NCBI GenBank assembly: GCA_964343075.1
Contig: CAYFGT010000007.1
Span: forward strand, 4,318-68,317
Length of the DNA stretch: 64,000 nt
From: an uncultured Dehalococcoidia bacterium
Lineage (GTDB): Bacteria > Chloroflexota > Dehalococcoidia > Lucifugimonadales > UBA3495
Direction of reading: 5' to 3'
In this document: in pieces, positions 9,936-20,142 of the stretch
Layout: every line of letters begins with the position of its first letter
Position numbering within the stretch: the first letter of the stretch is position 1
Made by a program: the position numbers and the translations under genes
The notes under the pieces: generated by a model
Seen by the model: only the letters and a program-made list of their open reading frames with translations
Told to the model about the DNA's origin: nothing
The model's database searches: none

Positions 9936-10478
9936 ATGATCGAAGATTTGATATTTAGTATGTTCGCAGTTGTTGCATTGGCAGCAGCTATTGGGATGAT
10001 CGCTTTAAAAGACCTATTTAGAGCCGCGCTGTGTCTGGTAATTGTTTTTGTGTCAATCGCCGGGATTTATGTCATGCTGAATGCGGAGTTCCTTGCAGTG
10101 ATACAAGTCCTTGTATATGTCGGAGCAATTTCCATATTGTTGATATTTGCTGTCATGCTGTCTGATGACGTTAAGCGAGCTAATTTGTCTAACAGATTAC
10201 AAATCCCAGCGATACTTCTGTGTGGGGTGATACTAGCAGTGTTATTAGTAGCCGTTGTGTCTACTCAATGGAATGTAATCTCTGAAGTTAATAGAAGCCT
10301 AGTCGATACAGTGCAGATCTATTCTGTGAATCCTGAAATATCTAATCAAGACGACGACTTTTCTCTTGCATCTTTGTTATTGACCGATCACGTATTGGCA
10401 TTTGAATTAGTGTCCGTTTTGCTTTTGGCGGCCTTAATTGGAGCATTGTCTCTGATGCGCGGGAACGGTGAAAAATGA
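9936..10478 (+). CDS. nuoJ: NADH-quinone oxidoreductase subunit J
   Basis: LNAEFLAVIQVLVYVGAI..L.IFAVML; FELVSVLLLAALIGA. Confidence 0.94.
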   Translation: MIEDLIFSMFAVVALAAAIGMIALKDLFRAALCLVIVFVSIAGIYVMLNAEFLAVIQVLVYVGAISILLIFAVMLSDDVKRANLSNRLQIPAILLCGVILAVLLVAVVSTQWNVISEVNRSLVDTVQIYSVNPEISNQDDDFSLASLLLTDHVLAFELVSVLLLAALIGALSLMRGNGEK

Positions 10479-10804
10479 TGTCATTAGAAACCATATTAGG
10501 CTTGGCGGCTATGCTGTTTGTTATAGGCCTGTTCGGGGTGCTTACTAAGAAAAATATCATAGCTGTCTTTATGTCGCTTGAATTGATGTTTAATTCAGTT
10601 AATTTGACGTTTGTAGGTTTAAGTTACTATGTGATGCCAGTTAATCTAGTAACAGACTTAAGTAATGCAATGACTGGCCACATATTTGCCATCTTTGTTA
10701 TTGCTGTGGCTGCCGCTGAAGTAGCGGTAGGTTTAGGAATAGTATTTGCTCTGTACAGAAGTAGTGGATCTATAGAATTAACTTCTGATATGGGGAGGTC
10801 TTAG
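10475..10804 (+). CDS. nuoK: NADH-quinone oxidoreductase subunit K
   Basis: MSLELMFNSVNL, VAAAEVAVGL. Confidence 0.94.
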   Translation: MMSLETILGLAAMLFVIGLFGVLTKKNIIAVFMSLELMFNSVNLTFVGLSYYVMPVNLVTDLSNAMTGHIFAIFVIAVAAAEVAVGLGIVFALYRSSGSIELTSDMGRS

Positions 10805-10808
10805 TCCT

Positions 10809-11003
10809 ATGTGGATGGAATTCAAGAAGGTACCTAATTTAATGACGGCCGAAATATGGAAAGAGGCTATAGAAGCAGAAGGCCTTCCTGTAAAAATACT
10901 TCCTGAAGGGGGATTGTCCGCATGGACATATAATAACCCGTTTACAGTATATGTTCCCAAAGGGAAAGAACATGTTGCGCAAGAAATCCTGAGGAAATTA
11001 TAG
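10809..11003 (+). CDS. small DUF2007-like (putative signal-transducing, ferredoxin-like fold) protein inside the nuo operon
   Basis: 64 aa with AEIWKEAIEAEGLPV.I ... VYVP.....AQEIL pattern typical of DUF2007; 4-nt and 1-nt gaps to nuoK and nuoL. Confidence 0.7.
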   Translation: MWMEFKKVPNLMTAEIWKEAIEAEGLPVKILPEGGLSAWTYNNPFTVYVPKGKEHVAQEILRKL

Positions 11004-11004
11004 T

Positions 11005-12966
11005 ATGTCAGCGTTAACCATATGGACTGTCTTTCTTGCGCCAGTAGCAGGTTTTTTAGTTATTTCATTGATAATTAGACCGTTCTTTGGCAAGCATCAA
11101 TGGATAAGCCCGTTCGTATTAATAGCAGCGTTGCTTGTGTCACTAATAATAGCAGTCATGCTATTTATTGATACTTTGGCCACGGGAGGAGCTGGCTACA
11201 ATAGTGCTTATGAATGGATCAAGATTAATGAATCAGCAATTATTGACCTAGGTACTTACATCGATCCAGTAAGTGCATCTACTTTGGTAGTGGTTGTTTT
11301 AGTGAGTTTACTTGTTCAAGTATACTCTATGGGATACATGCATGGTGATCCAGGATACAGCCGGTATTTTGCTACAATGGCGCTTTTTACTGCGTCTATG
11401 ATTGGCCTAGTTATTTCTTCCAATATTCTGCAACTTTATGCTTTTTGGGAATTAGTTGGTTTATCTTCCTATTTGTTGATTGGATTTTGGACGGAACGTC
11501 CGTCCGCAGCAGCAGCAGCAAAAAAGGCTTTTATTATCACCCGTATTGGAGATGTAGGTTTCTTGATTGGTATATTGTTCTTGATTAATCATTCATTTTC
11601 AATGGACAGCGTTGCAGGAATTAATGTGTTGCACATACCAGACATTTGCTCAATCGGGGGAACTATGTCAGGTGTTATCGTGACTGTGATAACACTTGGA
11701 ATATTATCGGGGGCGATGGGTAAGTCAGCGCAATTCCCCTTTCATACGTGGCTCCCAGATGCAATGGAAGGTCCTACCCCCGTCAGTGCGTTGGTACACT
11801 CAGCAACTATGGTGGCAGCGGGTGTATTTTTGCTTATCAGGCTTTTCCCTTTCATAAGCGACTCTGGAACTACTATGCTAGTGATTGCTGGTGTTGGCGC
11901 CTTTACTGCTGTTTTTGCCGCTACCATGGGCCTGGTCGTTCATGATATCAAGAGAGTCCTTGCCTATTCTAGTATTAGCCAACTAGCTTACATGTTCGCA
12001 GCGATTGGTCTTGGAGCATATGGCCCCGCTATATTTCACTTGATCACACACGCATTTTTCAAGGCTCTACTATTCCTGTGCTCAGGTAGCGTTAATCACG
12101 CAACACATACCTTTGATATGCGAGAGATGGGCGGGTTACGAAAAAGCATGCCATGGACGTATGGGTTAATGATGATATCCTCTCTAAGCCTAATTGGACT
12201 GCCCCCATTGGCAGGTTTCTGGAGCAAAGATGAAATCATGTTATCCGCCTGGGACTCATTGTTGCATGGCGCAATATTTGAGCTGATTATATTTGGATTA
12301 TTAGCAATTGGTGTGATATTGACTGCTTTTTATACTTGGAGAATGATTAGTCTCACATTCCACGGAACATACAGGGGAGATAGCCATTCCATTCATGAAT
12401 CGCCTACGATAATGATTGCCCCTATGTTTGTATTAGGTATATTGACTGTCATAGCGGGAGTTCTGACGAATCCCCCTATCAATTTAGGAAGCCTTCACAA
12501 GCACTGGTTAGGTGATTTTATTTCGTCCAGTACAGTATTTCATCATGGGCACCACGTCGCGGAATTCAGTGTGATGATCGCTACAATATCGACTATGTTG
12601 GGTTTGTTAGGCATATTAGCAGGAATATACTATTTCAAGAAAAGCAAACAAGGTATTGAAGAGCCACTAGAATCCCTGAAGTCAGTACATACATTGGTGT
12701 ATAACAAATACTACTTAGATACCCTATATGAAGATATTATAGTCAAAAATTTCCTACAAAAACGTATCGTTAATATAACGGCTTTATTTGATAAATATAT
12801 TGTAGATGGATTGGGAATCACCATAGGTTTTATGGTTCGTAATGTAGGGCATATATTGGGACTCATCCAAAATGGGAATGTGCAGTTCTATACTTTTATA
12901 ATTAGTTTAGGAGGCGTTATAGGCTTGATTCTTTTGCTGATGTATGCGCCAGGGATAGGTGGGTGA
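11005..12966 (+). CDS. nuoL: NADH-quinone oxidoreductase subunit L
   Basis: WELVGLSSYLLIGFW, KAFIITRIGD, GKSAQFPFHTWLPDAMEGPTPVSALVHSATMV, HAFFKALLFL. Confidence 0.96.
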   Translation: MSALTIWTVFLAPVAGFLVISLIIRPFFGKHQWISPFVLIAALLVSLIIAVMLFIDTLATGGAGYNSAYEWIKINESAIIDLGTYIDPVSASTLVVVVLVSLLVQVYSMGYMHGDPGYSRYFATMALFTASMIGLVISSNILQLYAFWELVGLSSYLLIGFWTERPSAAAAAKKAFIITRIGDVGFLIGILFLINHSFSMDSVAGINVLHIPDICSIGGTMSGVIVTVITLGILSGAMGKSAQFPFHTWLPDAMEGPTPVSALVHSATMVAAGVFLLIRLFPFISDSGTTMLVIAGVGAFTAVFAATMGLVVHDIKRVLAYSSISQLAYMFAAIGLGAYGPAIFHLITHAFFKALLFLCSGSVNHATHTFDMREMGGLRKSMPWTYGLMMISSLSLIGLPPLAGFWSKDEIMLSAWDSLLHGAIFELIIFGLLAIGVILTAFYTWRMISLTFHGTYRGDSHSIHESPTIMIAPMFVLGILTVIAGVLTNPPINLGSLHKHWLGDFISSSTVFHHGHHVAEFSVMIATISTMLGLLGILAGIYYFKKSKQGIEEPLESLKSVHTLVYNKYYLDTLYEDIIVKNFLQKRIVNITALFDKYIVDGLGITIGFMVRNVGHILGLIQNGNVQFYTFIISLGGVIGLILLLMYAPGIGG

Positions 12967-14467
12967 AGTGATGGATTACCCTGCAATTTTATCAATAGTG
13001 ATTTGGCTTCCATTTCTATTAGCCATAATATTCTTGGTTACTCCGTTAAAAGATACATTGGTCAAACAAGCCGCTTTGGCCATCACTTTGATTGATGCCG
13101 TTTTGGCTTCACTACTATTTTTTAATATCGATAAAAGTATGCCTTTAGGTGGATTTCAATGGGTAGATCGAATTATATGGATAGACACCGCGTTATTGAA
13201 ATCCCAGTACTTGGTTGGAGTGGATGGTCTTAGTGCTCCTCTTGTGATGCTTACTGCGGTGCTTGGAGTTTGCGCGGTTGTCGCATCTTGGCATATCAAA
13301 ATACGGGTGAAAGAATATTTCATTTGGTTGTTGATTCTTCAAACCGCTATTCTGGGAGTATTTACATCGCTTGACTTGCTTTTGTTCTTTTTATTCTGGG
13401 AATTAGAATTGATTCCAATGTATATGCTAATTTCAGGATGGGGGAGCGGTAGGAAAGAGTATTCATCTATGAAATTCTTGATCTTCACAATATTAGGTAG
13501 TGCTTTTATTATTGTTGGAATCTTGACCACATTTATAACATCAGATCCTCATACTCTGGATATGACCATGCTGATTTTGAATAGCGGAGGAAATCTTGTT
13601 CAATTGGGCTTCTATGGAGCTACGTTTGTGTATTTTTGTTTCTTCATAGGATTTGCAATAAAGCTCCCTGTGTGGCCCATCCATACATGGTTGCCAGATG
13701 CCCATACGGACGCTCCCACAGCAGCGAGTGTCATACTAGCCGGAGTAATGCTAAAAATGGGAGGATATGGACTAATCAGAATTAATGTCACTATGTTTCC
13801 TTTGCAAACTGTCGCATATTCATATCTCATAGTTGCCTTGGGAGTTATTAGTGTATTGTATGGTGCGTTTATGACGCTTAAGCAAACGGATTTGAAAAGA
13901 TTGATAGCATACTCCAGTGTGAGTCATATGGGTCTAGTGCTAGTAGGTATTGGATCATTCACTGCTTCGGGGTTAACAGGGGCGGGTATGCAATTGTTTA
14001 CCCATGGAACGATCACTGGATTATTATTCCTGTGCGTAGGTTTGATATACGAGAAAGCGCATACTAGAAGCATTCCTGATTTGGGTGGATTGTTTATAAG
14101 AATGCCCGTAGTAGCTATAACTTTCACGATCGCAGGATTAGCTTCTTTGGGATTACCTGCACTTAGCGGTTTTGTCTCTGAAATACTAGTGTTCGCTGGA
14201 GCCTTTTCTGGATTTCCCTTAATGACCATATTAGCGGTATTAGGGATCATTTTGGCTGCAGGATATATATTGTGGATGATCGAACGCGTGTTATTTGGAG
14301 AAGTGAAACCGAGTGTCCAAAATGTTTCAGATGCAACAGTTTTGGAGGCTTTCCCCCTAGTGTTGCTCGTGCTTATGATCATAGGGATCGGGATATTCCC
14401 AGGGATACTGATAGGTGTCTTGGATCAGGCGATTCTACCAATTGTAGCCAATTTTGGAGGAGCATAA
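12959..14467 (+). CDS. nuoM: NADH-quinone oxidoreductase subunit M
   Basis: FWELELIPMY, KLPVWPIHTWLPDAH..APTAASV.LAG...KMGGYG, LKRLIAYSSVSHMG. Start may be ATG 12971. Confidence 0.96.
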   Translation: MGEVMDYPAILSIVIWLPFLLAIIFLVTPLKDTLVKQAALAITLIDAVLASLLFFNIDKSMPLGGFQWVDRIIWIDTALLKSQYLVGVDGLSAPLVMLTAVLGVCAVVASWHIKIRVKEYFIWLLILQTAILGVFTSLDLLLFFLFWELELIPMYMLISGWGSGRKEYSSMKFLIFTILGSAFIIVGILTTFITSDPHTLDMTMLILNSGGNLVQLGFYGATFVYFCFFIGFAIKLPVWPIHTWLPDAHTDAPTAASVILAGVMLKMGGYGLIRINVTMFPLQTVAYSYLIVALGVISVLYGAFMTLKQTDLKRLIAYSSVSHMGLVLVGIGSFTASGLTGAGMQLFTHGTITGLLFLCVGLIYEKAHTRSIPDLGGLFIRMPVVAITFTIAGLASLGLPALSGFVSEILVFAGAFSGFPLMTILAVLGIILAAGYILWMIERVLFGEVKPSVQNVSDATVLEAFPLVLLVLMIIGIGIFPGILIGVLDQAILPIVANFGGA

Positions 14468-14470
14468 CCT

Positions 14471-15991
14471 ATGAATATCTATGATTTGTTCCTCATAGGT
14501 CCGGGATTATCTGTAGTCTTAATCGGCTTTGTGGCCTTGGTGGTCGATTTACTGACCAAAAACAAAAAAGTTCTAGTTTGGTTTATATTAGCACTTCTAC
14601 TAGTTCCATTGAGTATTTGTGTAGTTCAATTACAAATGATTGGTGGCTCTGGAACTTTAGATATGACATTAGGGTCAGGCACGCTAGATGATGTGTACAA
14701 TGTGGATCTGTTTTCAATTGTCCTTCAGATGCTTGTAGTGTTCGCCGCTATGATTACAGTCATGATCTCGAGCAGTTATTTGCCTAATGAGTTTAGTATG
14801 AAAGGTGAATACTATACCTTAATGCTGTTTTCAGCATCTGGAATGATGACTCTGGTTAGCGCATCTGAATTGATATTGTTGTATATCGGCCTAGAATTGA
14901 CTGGGTTACCCATCGCGTTACTTATAGCACTAACCCTTACAAGATCTGCAGCGAGTGGGGCATTGAAATTCTTAGTGATTAGTGCTTTGAGTTCCGCAAT
15001 AACACTGTATGGAATGGCATTTTTGTTTGGTTTTACTGGTACTACAATTATTCCAGAAATGTCGAGATCTATAGTCACTCAAGGCTCAATTGCGACATTA
15101 GGAACGAATACCATAATGTTAGTTGCGGTCTCACTAATCATTGTTGGAATAGGTTTCAAACTGTCTGTAGTACCGTTTCATATGTGGGTACCTGATGTTT
15201 ACGAATCCGGTCCTCCTCCTATAGTAGGCTTTTTGTCTGTTGCTAGTAAAGCCGCTGCCTTTGCGTTGCTTTTGCGTATTGTTTACCAAGTGTTCGGTGA
15301 TATATATGTGAATTGGCCATTAATAATTGCTGTCATTGCAACTGGATCCATGATTATTGGAAATATAATGGCAATGGTGCAAACTAACATAAAACGAATG
15401 TTAGGATTTAGTACTATTGCCCATGCAGGGTATCTTCTAATTGGGGTTGCAGCAATAGCTACGGTTAGTAGTGGTACTAATTTCACTTTGAACATTGATA
15501 GTGGGAGTGCGGTTCTGTTTTATCTGGTCACATACGCTTTTGCGAACCTGACTATTTTTGCAGGTATAACCGTAGGGGCAAATAATCTACAAGGTGATGA
15601 TATAAGCCACTATAAATCAATGATACGAAAATCCCCTCAACTTGCGATAATGATGAGCGTGGCATTAATCGCCCTTATCGGTATCCCTCCGACAGGGATT
15701 TTCATATCTAAATTTTACGTGTTTAGTGCGGCTGTGGAATATGGATTAACCTGGCTGGTTATTGTTGGTGTGATTAATAGCGTGATATCTGCATATTATT
15801 ATGTGAGGGTTATCAAGATCATGTTTCAGACAGATCTCTCTGATGATGAATCAAATAAAATTGAGACGCCTCCATTGACTTTGTTGGCTCTTTACCTAAC
15901 CACGGCGGGAACAATTTGGTTAGGAATATCTCCTTCGTCTCTTATTAAAATGATTGAGCAAGGCGTAGCGCTAATATCAGGACTAAATTAA
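14471..15991 (+). CDS. nuoN: NADH-quinone oxidoreductase subunit N
   Basis: FKLSVVPFHMWVPDVYE, QTNIKRMLGFSTIAHAGY, GIPPTG.F..K, NSVISAYYY. Confidence 0.96.
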   Translation: MNIYDLFLIGPGLSVVLIGFVALVVDLLTKNKKVLVWFILALLLVPLSICVVQLQMIGGSGTLDMTLGSGTLDDVYNVDLFSIVLQMLVVFAAMITVMISSSYLPNEFSMKGEYYTLMLFSASGMMTLVSASELILLYIGLELTGLPIALLIALTLTRSAASGALKFLVISALSSAITLYGMAFLFGFTGTTIIPEMSRSIVTQGSIATLGTNTIMLVAVSLIIVGIGFKLSVVPFHMWVPDVYESGPPPIVGFLSVASKAAAFALLLRIVYQVFGDIYVNWPLIIAVIATGSMIIGNIMAMVQTNIKRMLGFSTIAHAGYLLIGVAAIATVSSGTNFTLNIDSGSAVLFYLVTYAFANLTIFAGITVGANNLQGDDISHYKSMIRKSPQLAIMMSVALIALIGIPPTGIFISKFYVFSAAVEYGLTWLVIVGVINSVISAYYYVRVIKIMFQTDLSDDESNKIETPPLTLLALYLTTAGTIWLGISPSSLIKMIEQGVALISGLN

Positions 15992-15993
15992 TC

Positions 15994-16851
15994 ATGAATT
16001 TTGTCGGGATAATATACAACTCAATGAACCCTAAGGCTGTCGATTTGGCTCAAAGAATAAATGAACGCATTGCTCCTATACAGGAAACCTGGATCAATCC
16101 TGCTGACGATATAAATGAGCTGGACTTAAATATAAAAACTAGCGATTTGATTATCACTGTTGGAGGAGACGGAACTATTCTGCGAGTGAATCGTGTTGCT
16201 GCTAATTTCGGAACGCCTATTTTGGGAATTAATATGGGGCGTCTGGGTTTCATGACTGAGTTAACAGCGGAAGAAGCAATGGATCGAATTGGTGATTATC
16301 TAGATGGATCGTTCAGGCTTGAAGCTAGAAACATGTTACAAAGCACTATACAATCTCAAACGTTTGAAGATAGTTTAGGTCCTCATCACGCTTTAAATGA
16401 TATTGTTTTAGCACGGGGAACGTCATCACGTGTAGTAACGATAAAAGTTGTTATCGATGGAGCAGTTTTGACTGTGTTTAGATCTGATGCTGTTATCGTA
16501 AGTTCTGCTACAGGGAGCACGGGCTATAACTTGTCTGTAGGAGGCCCAATTCTTGATCCTTTGTCGTCAAGCATAGTAGTGAAGCCGGTTGCGGCCCATA
16601 TAGGGTTATCTACTGGAATAGTAGTAAATGATTACTCGACAGTGGAGATGGTAGTTGAAGGGTTGCAAGACTCTATCATGAGTATAGATGGAGCATATGA
16701 TTATCCTCTGCGGCCGGGAGATTCTGTGGTGATCAAGCAAAGTGATAGGAAGGCACGATTTGCCCGTGCTAATGGACCGGAACATTTCTATGAAACCTTA
16801 ACTCGGAGACTAGGATTCGGTTTAGATGTGTCCAGAGCGGTACGATATTAA
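15994..16851 (+). CDS. nadK: NAD(+) kinase
   Basis: GGDGT, GINMGRLGF, ALND, D..IVSSATGSTGYNLSVGGP. Confidence 0.93.
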   Translation: MNFVGIIYNSMNPKAVDLAQRINERIAPIQETWINPADDINELDLNIKTSDLIITVGGDGTILRVNRVAANFGTPILGINMGRLGFMTELTAEEAMDRIGDYLDGSFRLEARNMLQSTIQSQTFEDSLGPHHALNDIVLARGTSSRVVTIKVVIDGAVLTVFRSDAVIVSSATGSTGYNLSVGGPILDPLSSSIVVKPVAAHIGLSTGIVVNDYSTVEMVVEGLQDSIMSIDGAYDYPLRPGDSVVIKQSDRKARFARANGPEHFYETLTRRLGFGLDVSRAVRY

Positions 16852-16852
16852 T

Positions 16853-17398
16853 ATGCGACCAGACAATTCTGAGAAAAGAATCAAGTCTGAACTCATATAT
16901 GACGGGAAATTAATAAAGCTTTCTAAAGATACTGTGCTATTGCCGGATAATAGGGAGTCAATTCGAGAAGTGGTAGACCATACCTCAGTGGTTTGTGTCA
17001 TACCCTTTGACCAAAATGGATATGTACATATGGTAAAACAATATCGATACGCTATACGCCAGACTTTATTGGAAGTGCCTGCTGGAGGCATTGAAGAAGG
17101 AGAAACCCCTGAGCAGGCTGCGATTAGAGAACTTCAAGAAGAAATTGGTAAATTACCTAATCAGTTAATTGAACTTGGCGGATTCTGGCTTACACCTGGA
17201 TGGTGCAACGAATACATGTATTCGTATTTAGCGCTTGATTTAGAAGATTCAAAACTTGCTGCTGATGATGATGAAAATATTGAAGTGGTTAAAATTCCTC
17301 TCAGCGAAATAGTAAGAGAGGTGAATTCTGGATTAATTAATGATGCGAAGACTATAGCTACGATTTTATTGGGTAATAATTACCTTAACAGACTATAA
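16853..17398 (+). CDS. Nudix hydrolase, ADP-ribose pyrophosphatase-like (NudF)
   Basis: VKQYRY, LLEVPAGG.EEGE.PEQAAIRELQEEIG Nudix box, TPG..NE, DDDENIEV, INDAKT. Confidence 0.88.
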   Translation: MRPDNSEKRIKSELIYDGKLIKLSKDTVLLPDNRESIREVVDHTSVVCVIPFDQNGYVHMVKQYRYAIRQTLLEVPAGGIEEGETPEQAAIRELQEEIGKLPNQLIELGGFWLTPGWCNEYMYSYLALDLEDSKLAADDDENIEVVKIPLSEIVREVNSGLINDAKTIATILLGNNYLNRL

Positions 17399-17408
17399 AT
17401 ATATTGGA

Positions 17409-17437
17409 TTGAGATGCTGAATATGAGATACTATTAT
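17409..17437 (+). promoter_or_regulatory. putative sigma70 promoter of sdhA
   Basis: TTGAGA-N17-TATTAT upstream of SD GGAGG and ATG 17470. Confidence 0.4.
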
Positions 17438-17469
17438 TTTGATGCTTTGAAAATACGGAGGAAGAATTA

Positions 17470-19149
17470 ATGCTGGAACATGATGTGTTAGTTGTAGGTG
17501 CTGGCTTAGCTGGAATGAGAGCGGCCATTGCTGCTAGTTCTAGAGGCGCCAATACAGCAATCTTGAGTAAAGTTCATCCAGTAAGGAGCCACTCCAACGC
17601 CGCCCAAGGTGGCATTAATGCGGCTCTATCGGATAGAGGAGATGCATGGGAAGATCATGCATATGACACAATAAAAGGTAGCGATTTTTTGGGAGACCAA
17701 GACGCTATAGAAGTAATGTGTAAAGCTGCGGGCCAATCCTTGATTGATATGGAGCACTTTGGTGTCACTTTCTCTAGAGATGAAGAAGGAAGATTAGGAA
17801 CTAGGGCATTCGGTGGGCAAAGACGCCAAAGGACATTTTTTGTAGGTGACTTCACTGGACAGGCTTTATTACATGTGATGTTTGAACAGCTGTTGAAATC
17901 CGGAGTTAGGAGCTATGAAGAATGGTTCGTTACCTCCTTGATCATTGAAGATGGTGTTGTGGCAGGGGTCATGGCACTGGAAATTAGAAGCGGAGAAATT
18001 TTTGCCATAAGAGCCAAAACCGTTATCTTTGCTACCGGAGGATGTGGCAGAGTGTTTGAACCAAGTACTAATGCGCTGATAGTAACCGGAGATGGTTTAG
18101 CATTAACTTATAATGCTGGGGCTAGCTTGATGGATATGGAGATGGTTCAGTATCATCCGACAACGTTGGCAGGCAGCGGTGTTTTGTTGTCTGAAGCAGC
18201 CAGAGGCGAAGGTGCTTATTTATTAAATAAAGACGGCGATCGATTTATGAAAGTATATGCACCTAATATGCTCGAATTAGCATCAAGAGATGTTGTTTCA
18301 AGATCAGAACAGACAGAAATTAATGAAGGTCGTGGGATCAATGGATGTGTCTTGTTAGATCTGAGGCATTTAGGCGAAAACCTGATCATGGAAAAGTTAT
18401 GGCAGATTAGAGAACTAGGAATGGACTTGGTGGGAGTGGACATGATCCGCGAACCTATACCAATAAGACCTGGAATGCATTACATAATGGGTGGAATTAA
18501 AACAGACGTCGACGGTTTGACCAATATTCCTAGGGTTTATGCAGCTGGAGAGTGTGCCAATGTTAGTGTACATGGTGGCAACCGATTGGGAGCCAATTCA
18601 TTATTGGACACTATTGTGTTTGGTGAAAGATCTGGAAACCACGCAGCAGAGGCTGTCAAGTCTATAGATTTTATTGACTTTGATGAACAAGCGAGAATTA
18701 AGGAAGAGAAAGACCGTATTCAAGGTATATTAGACCGGCCTCAAAATGGAGATAGAGTTTCTAAACTTCGTTTGGATATGGGAACTTCTATGAACAATAA
18801 CATCGCAGTATATAGAGACGAACAAGGTATACAAGAGACTCTAAGTGATCTCAAAGATATGAAGGTGCGATATAAGGATGTGCCAGTGGATAGTAAAGGC
18901 AAAGTGTTTAACACTGACCTTATATTCCACTTAGAATTAGGGTTTATGCTAGATGTGGCCGAAACCATCGCAGCAGGAGCGCTCGAACGAAAAGAAAGTA
19001 GAGGTGCTCAAAGCCGCACCGACTACCCAGAAAGAGATGATGAAAATTGGCTCAAGCATATATTAGTAACTAAAAGTGAGGAAGGTCCAGTTTTATCGAC
19101 TTCCGAAGTGTCAATAACTCAATGGGAGCCAGTGGAGAGGACGTATTAA
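17470..19149 (+). CDS. sdhA: succinate dehydrogenase/fumarate reductase flavoprotein subunit
   Basis: [16 protein letters not shown] (covalent FAD His), [42 protein letters not shown]. Confidence 0.95.
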   Translation: MLEHDVLVVGAGLAGMRAAIAASSRGANTAILSKVHPVRSHSNAAQGGINAALSDRGDAWEDHAYDTIKGSDFLGDQDAIEVMCKAAGQSLIDMEHFGVTFSRDEEGRLGTRAFGGQRRQRTFFVGDFTGQALLHVMFEQLLKSGVRSYEEWFVTSLIIEDGVVAGVMALEIRSGEIFAIRAKTVIFATGGCGRVFEPSTNALIVTGDGLALTYNAGASLMDMEMVQYHPTTLAGSGVLLSEAARGEGAYLLNKDGDRFMKVYAPNMLELASRDVVSRSEQTEINEGRGINGCVLLDLRHLGENLIMEKLWQIRELGMDLVGVDMIREPIPIRPGMHYIMGGIKTDVDGLTNIPRVYAAGECANVSVHGGNRLGANSLLDTIVFGERSGNHAAEAVKSIDFIDFDEQARIKEEKDRIQGILDRPQNGDRVSKLRLDMGTSMNNNIAVYRDEQGIQETLSDLKDMKVRYKDVPVDSKGKVFNTDLIFHLELGFMLDVAETIAAGALERKESRGAQSRTDYPERDDENWLKHILVTKSEEGPVLSTSEVSITQWEPVERTY

Positions 19150-19151
19150 TT

Positions 19152-20108
19152 ATGAATGTAACTTTAAGAATTAAGAGATTTAATGCAGACGGGGATAATC
19201 CTGAACAGTATTGGGAAGAATTTACTACTGAAGTAGCCGATAATGCAACCGTTTTAGATGCATTGATTCAGGTTAGAGAAGATCAGGATGGTACATTAAG
19301 TTTACGATGTTCATGCAGGAGTGCTATTTGTGGCTCCTGTGCGATGAGGATCAATGGTCAAGGAGGACTTGCCTGCAAGACCCCAGCGACCAGTGCATTG
19401 ATTGACGGCGTAATTACTGTTGAACCAGCAGGAAATATGCCGGTTATTAAAGATTTGGTAACTAATTTTGATGGATTTTGGGACAAAATCAATCAAGTGA
19501 CTCCGTATTTGCAACCACAAGGACCTGAGCCAGAGGCAGAATATATTGCCTCTAATGAATCCATGCTCCATTTGTCTGGCGTCACTGCTTGTATTATGTG
19601 CGGTTCTTGTGTTTCAGACTGTACCGTACTAGAGGTGGATTCAAGCTTTTTAGGCCCTGCTGCTCTAGCAAAAGCATACCGTTTCACTGCAGATCCAAGA
19701 GATGGTGATGAAGATGGTGTATCGTTAGATCGCTTAAAGGAACTTGGTCAAAAATCCGGTATGTGGGATTGCACCCGTTGCATGGCATGCGTAACAGCTT
19801 GTCCTAAAGGAGTAGATCCAATGGACAGGATTATGGCGCTCCGAGAACAAGCGATGGATGCAGGCCTAACTAATAATAACGGGGCTAGGCATGCAGAAGC
19901 TTTCGTAGAACTCGTAGGCCATAGTGGTAACTTAGATGAACTCAAATTGCCAGTAAAAACCGTTGGAATGTTTAACATTCCAGCCCTATTATCATATGTC
20001 CCAGTTGGTATTCGGAGCTTACGACGAGGCAAACTGCCTAGTTTGTTCCACAAAAAAATAGAAGGTGTTGAAAACGTACGCCGATTAGTCAAGAAATTAG
20101 AAAAATAA
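19152..20108 (+). CDS. sdhB: succinate dehydrogenase iron-sulfur subunit (extended, two CxxCxxCxxxC clusters)
   Basis: SCRSAICGSC [2Fe-2S], CIMCGSCVSDC, CTRCMACVTACP; long C-terminal extension. Confidence 0.93.
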   Translation: MNVTLRIKRFNADGDNPEQYWEEFTTEVADNATVLDALIQVREDQDGTLSLRCSCRSAICGSCAMRINGQGGLACKTPATSALIDGVITVEPAGNMPVIKDLVTNFDGFWDKINQVTPYLQPQGPEPEAEYIASNESMLHLSGVTACIMCGSCVSDCTVLEVDSSFLGPAALAKAYRFTADPRDGDEDGVSLDRLKELGQKSGMWDCTRCMACVTACPKGVDPMDRIMALREQAMDAGLTNNNGARHAEAFVELVGHSGNLDELKLPVKTVGMFNIPALLSYVPVGIRSLRRGKLPSLFHKKIEGVENVRRLVKKLEK

Positions 20109-20142
20109 AAATATACAACCAGTTTAGGAAGAGAGGTTTAAA

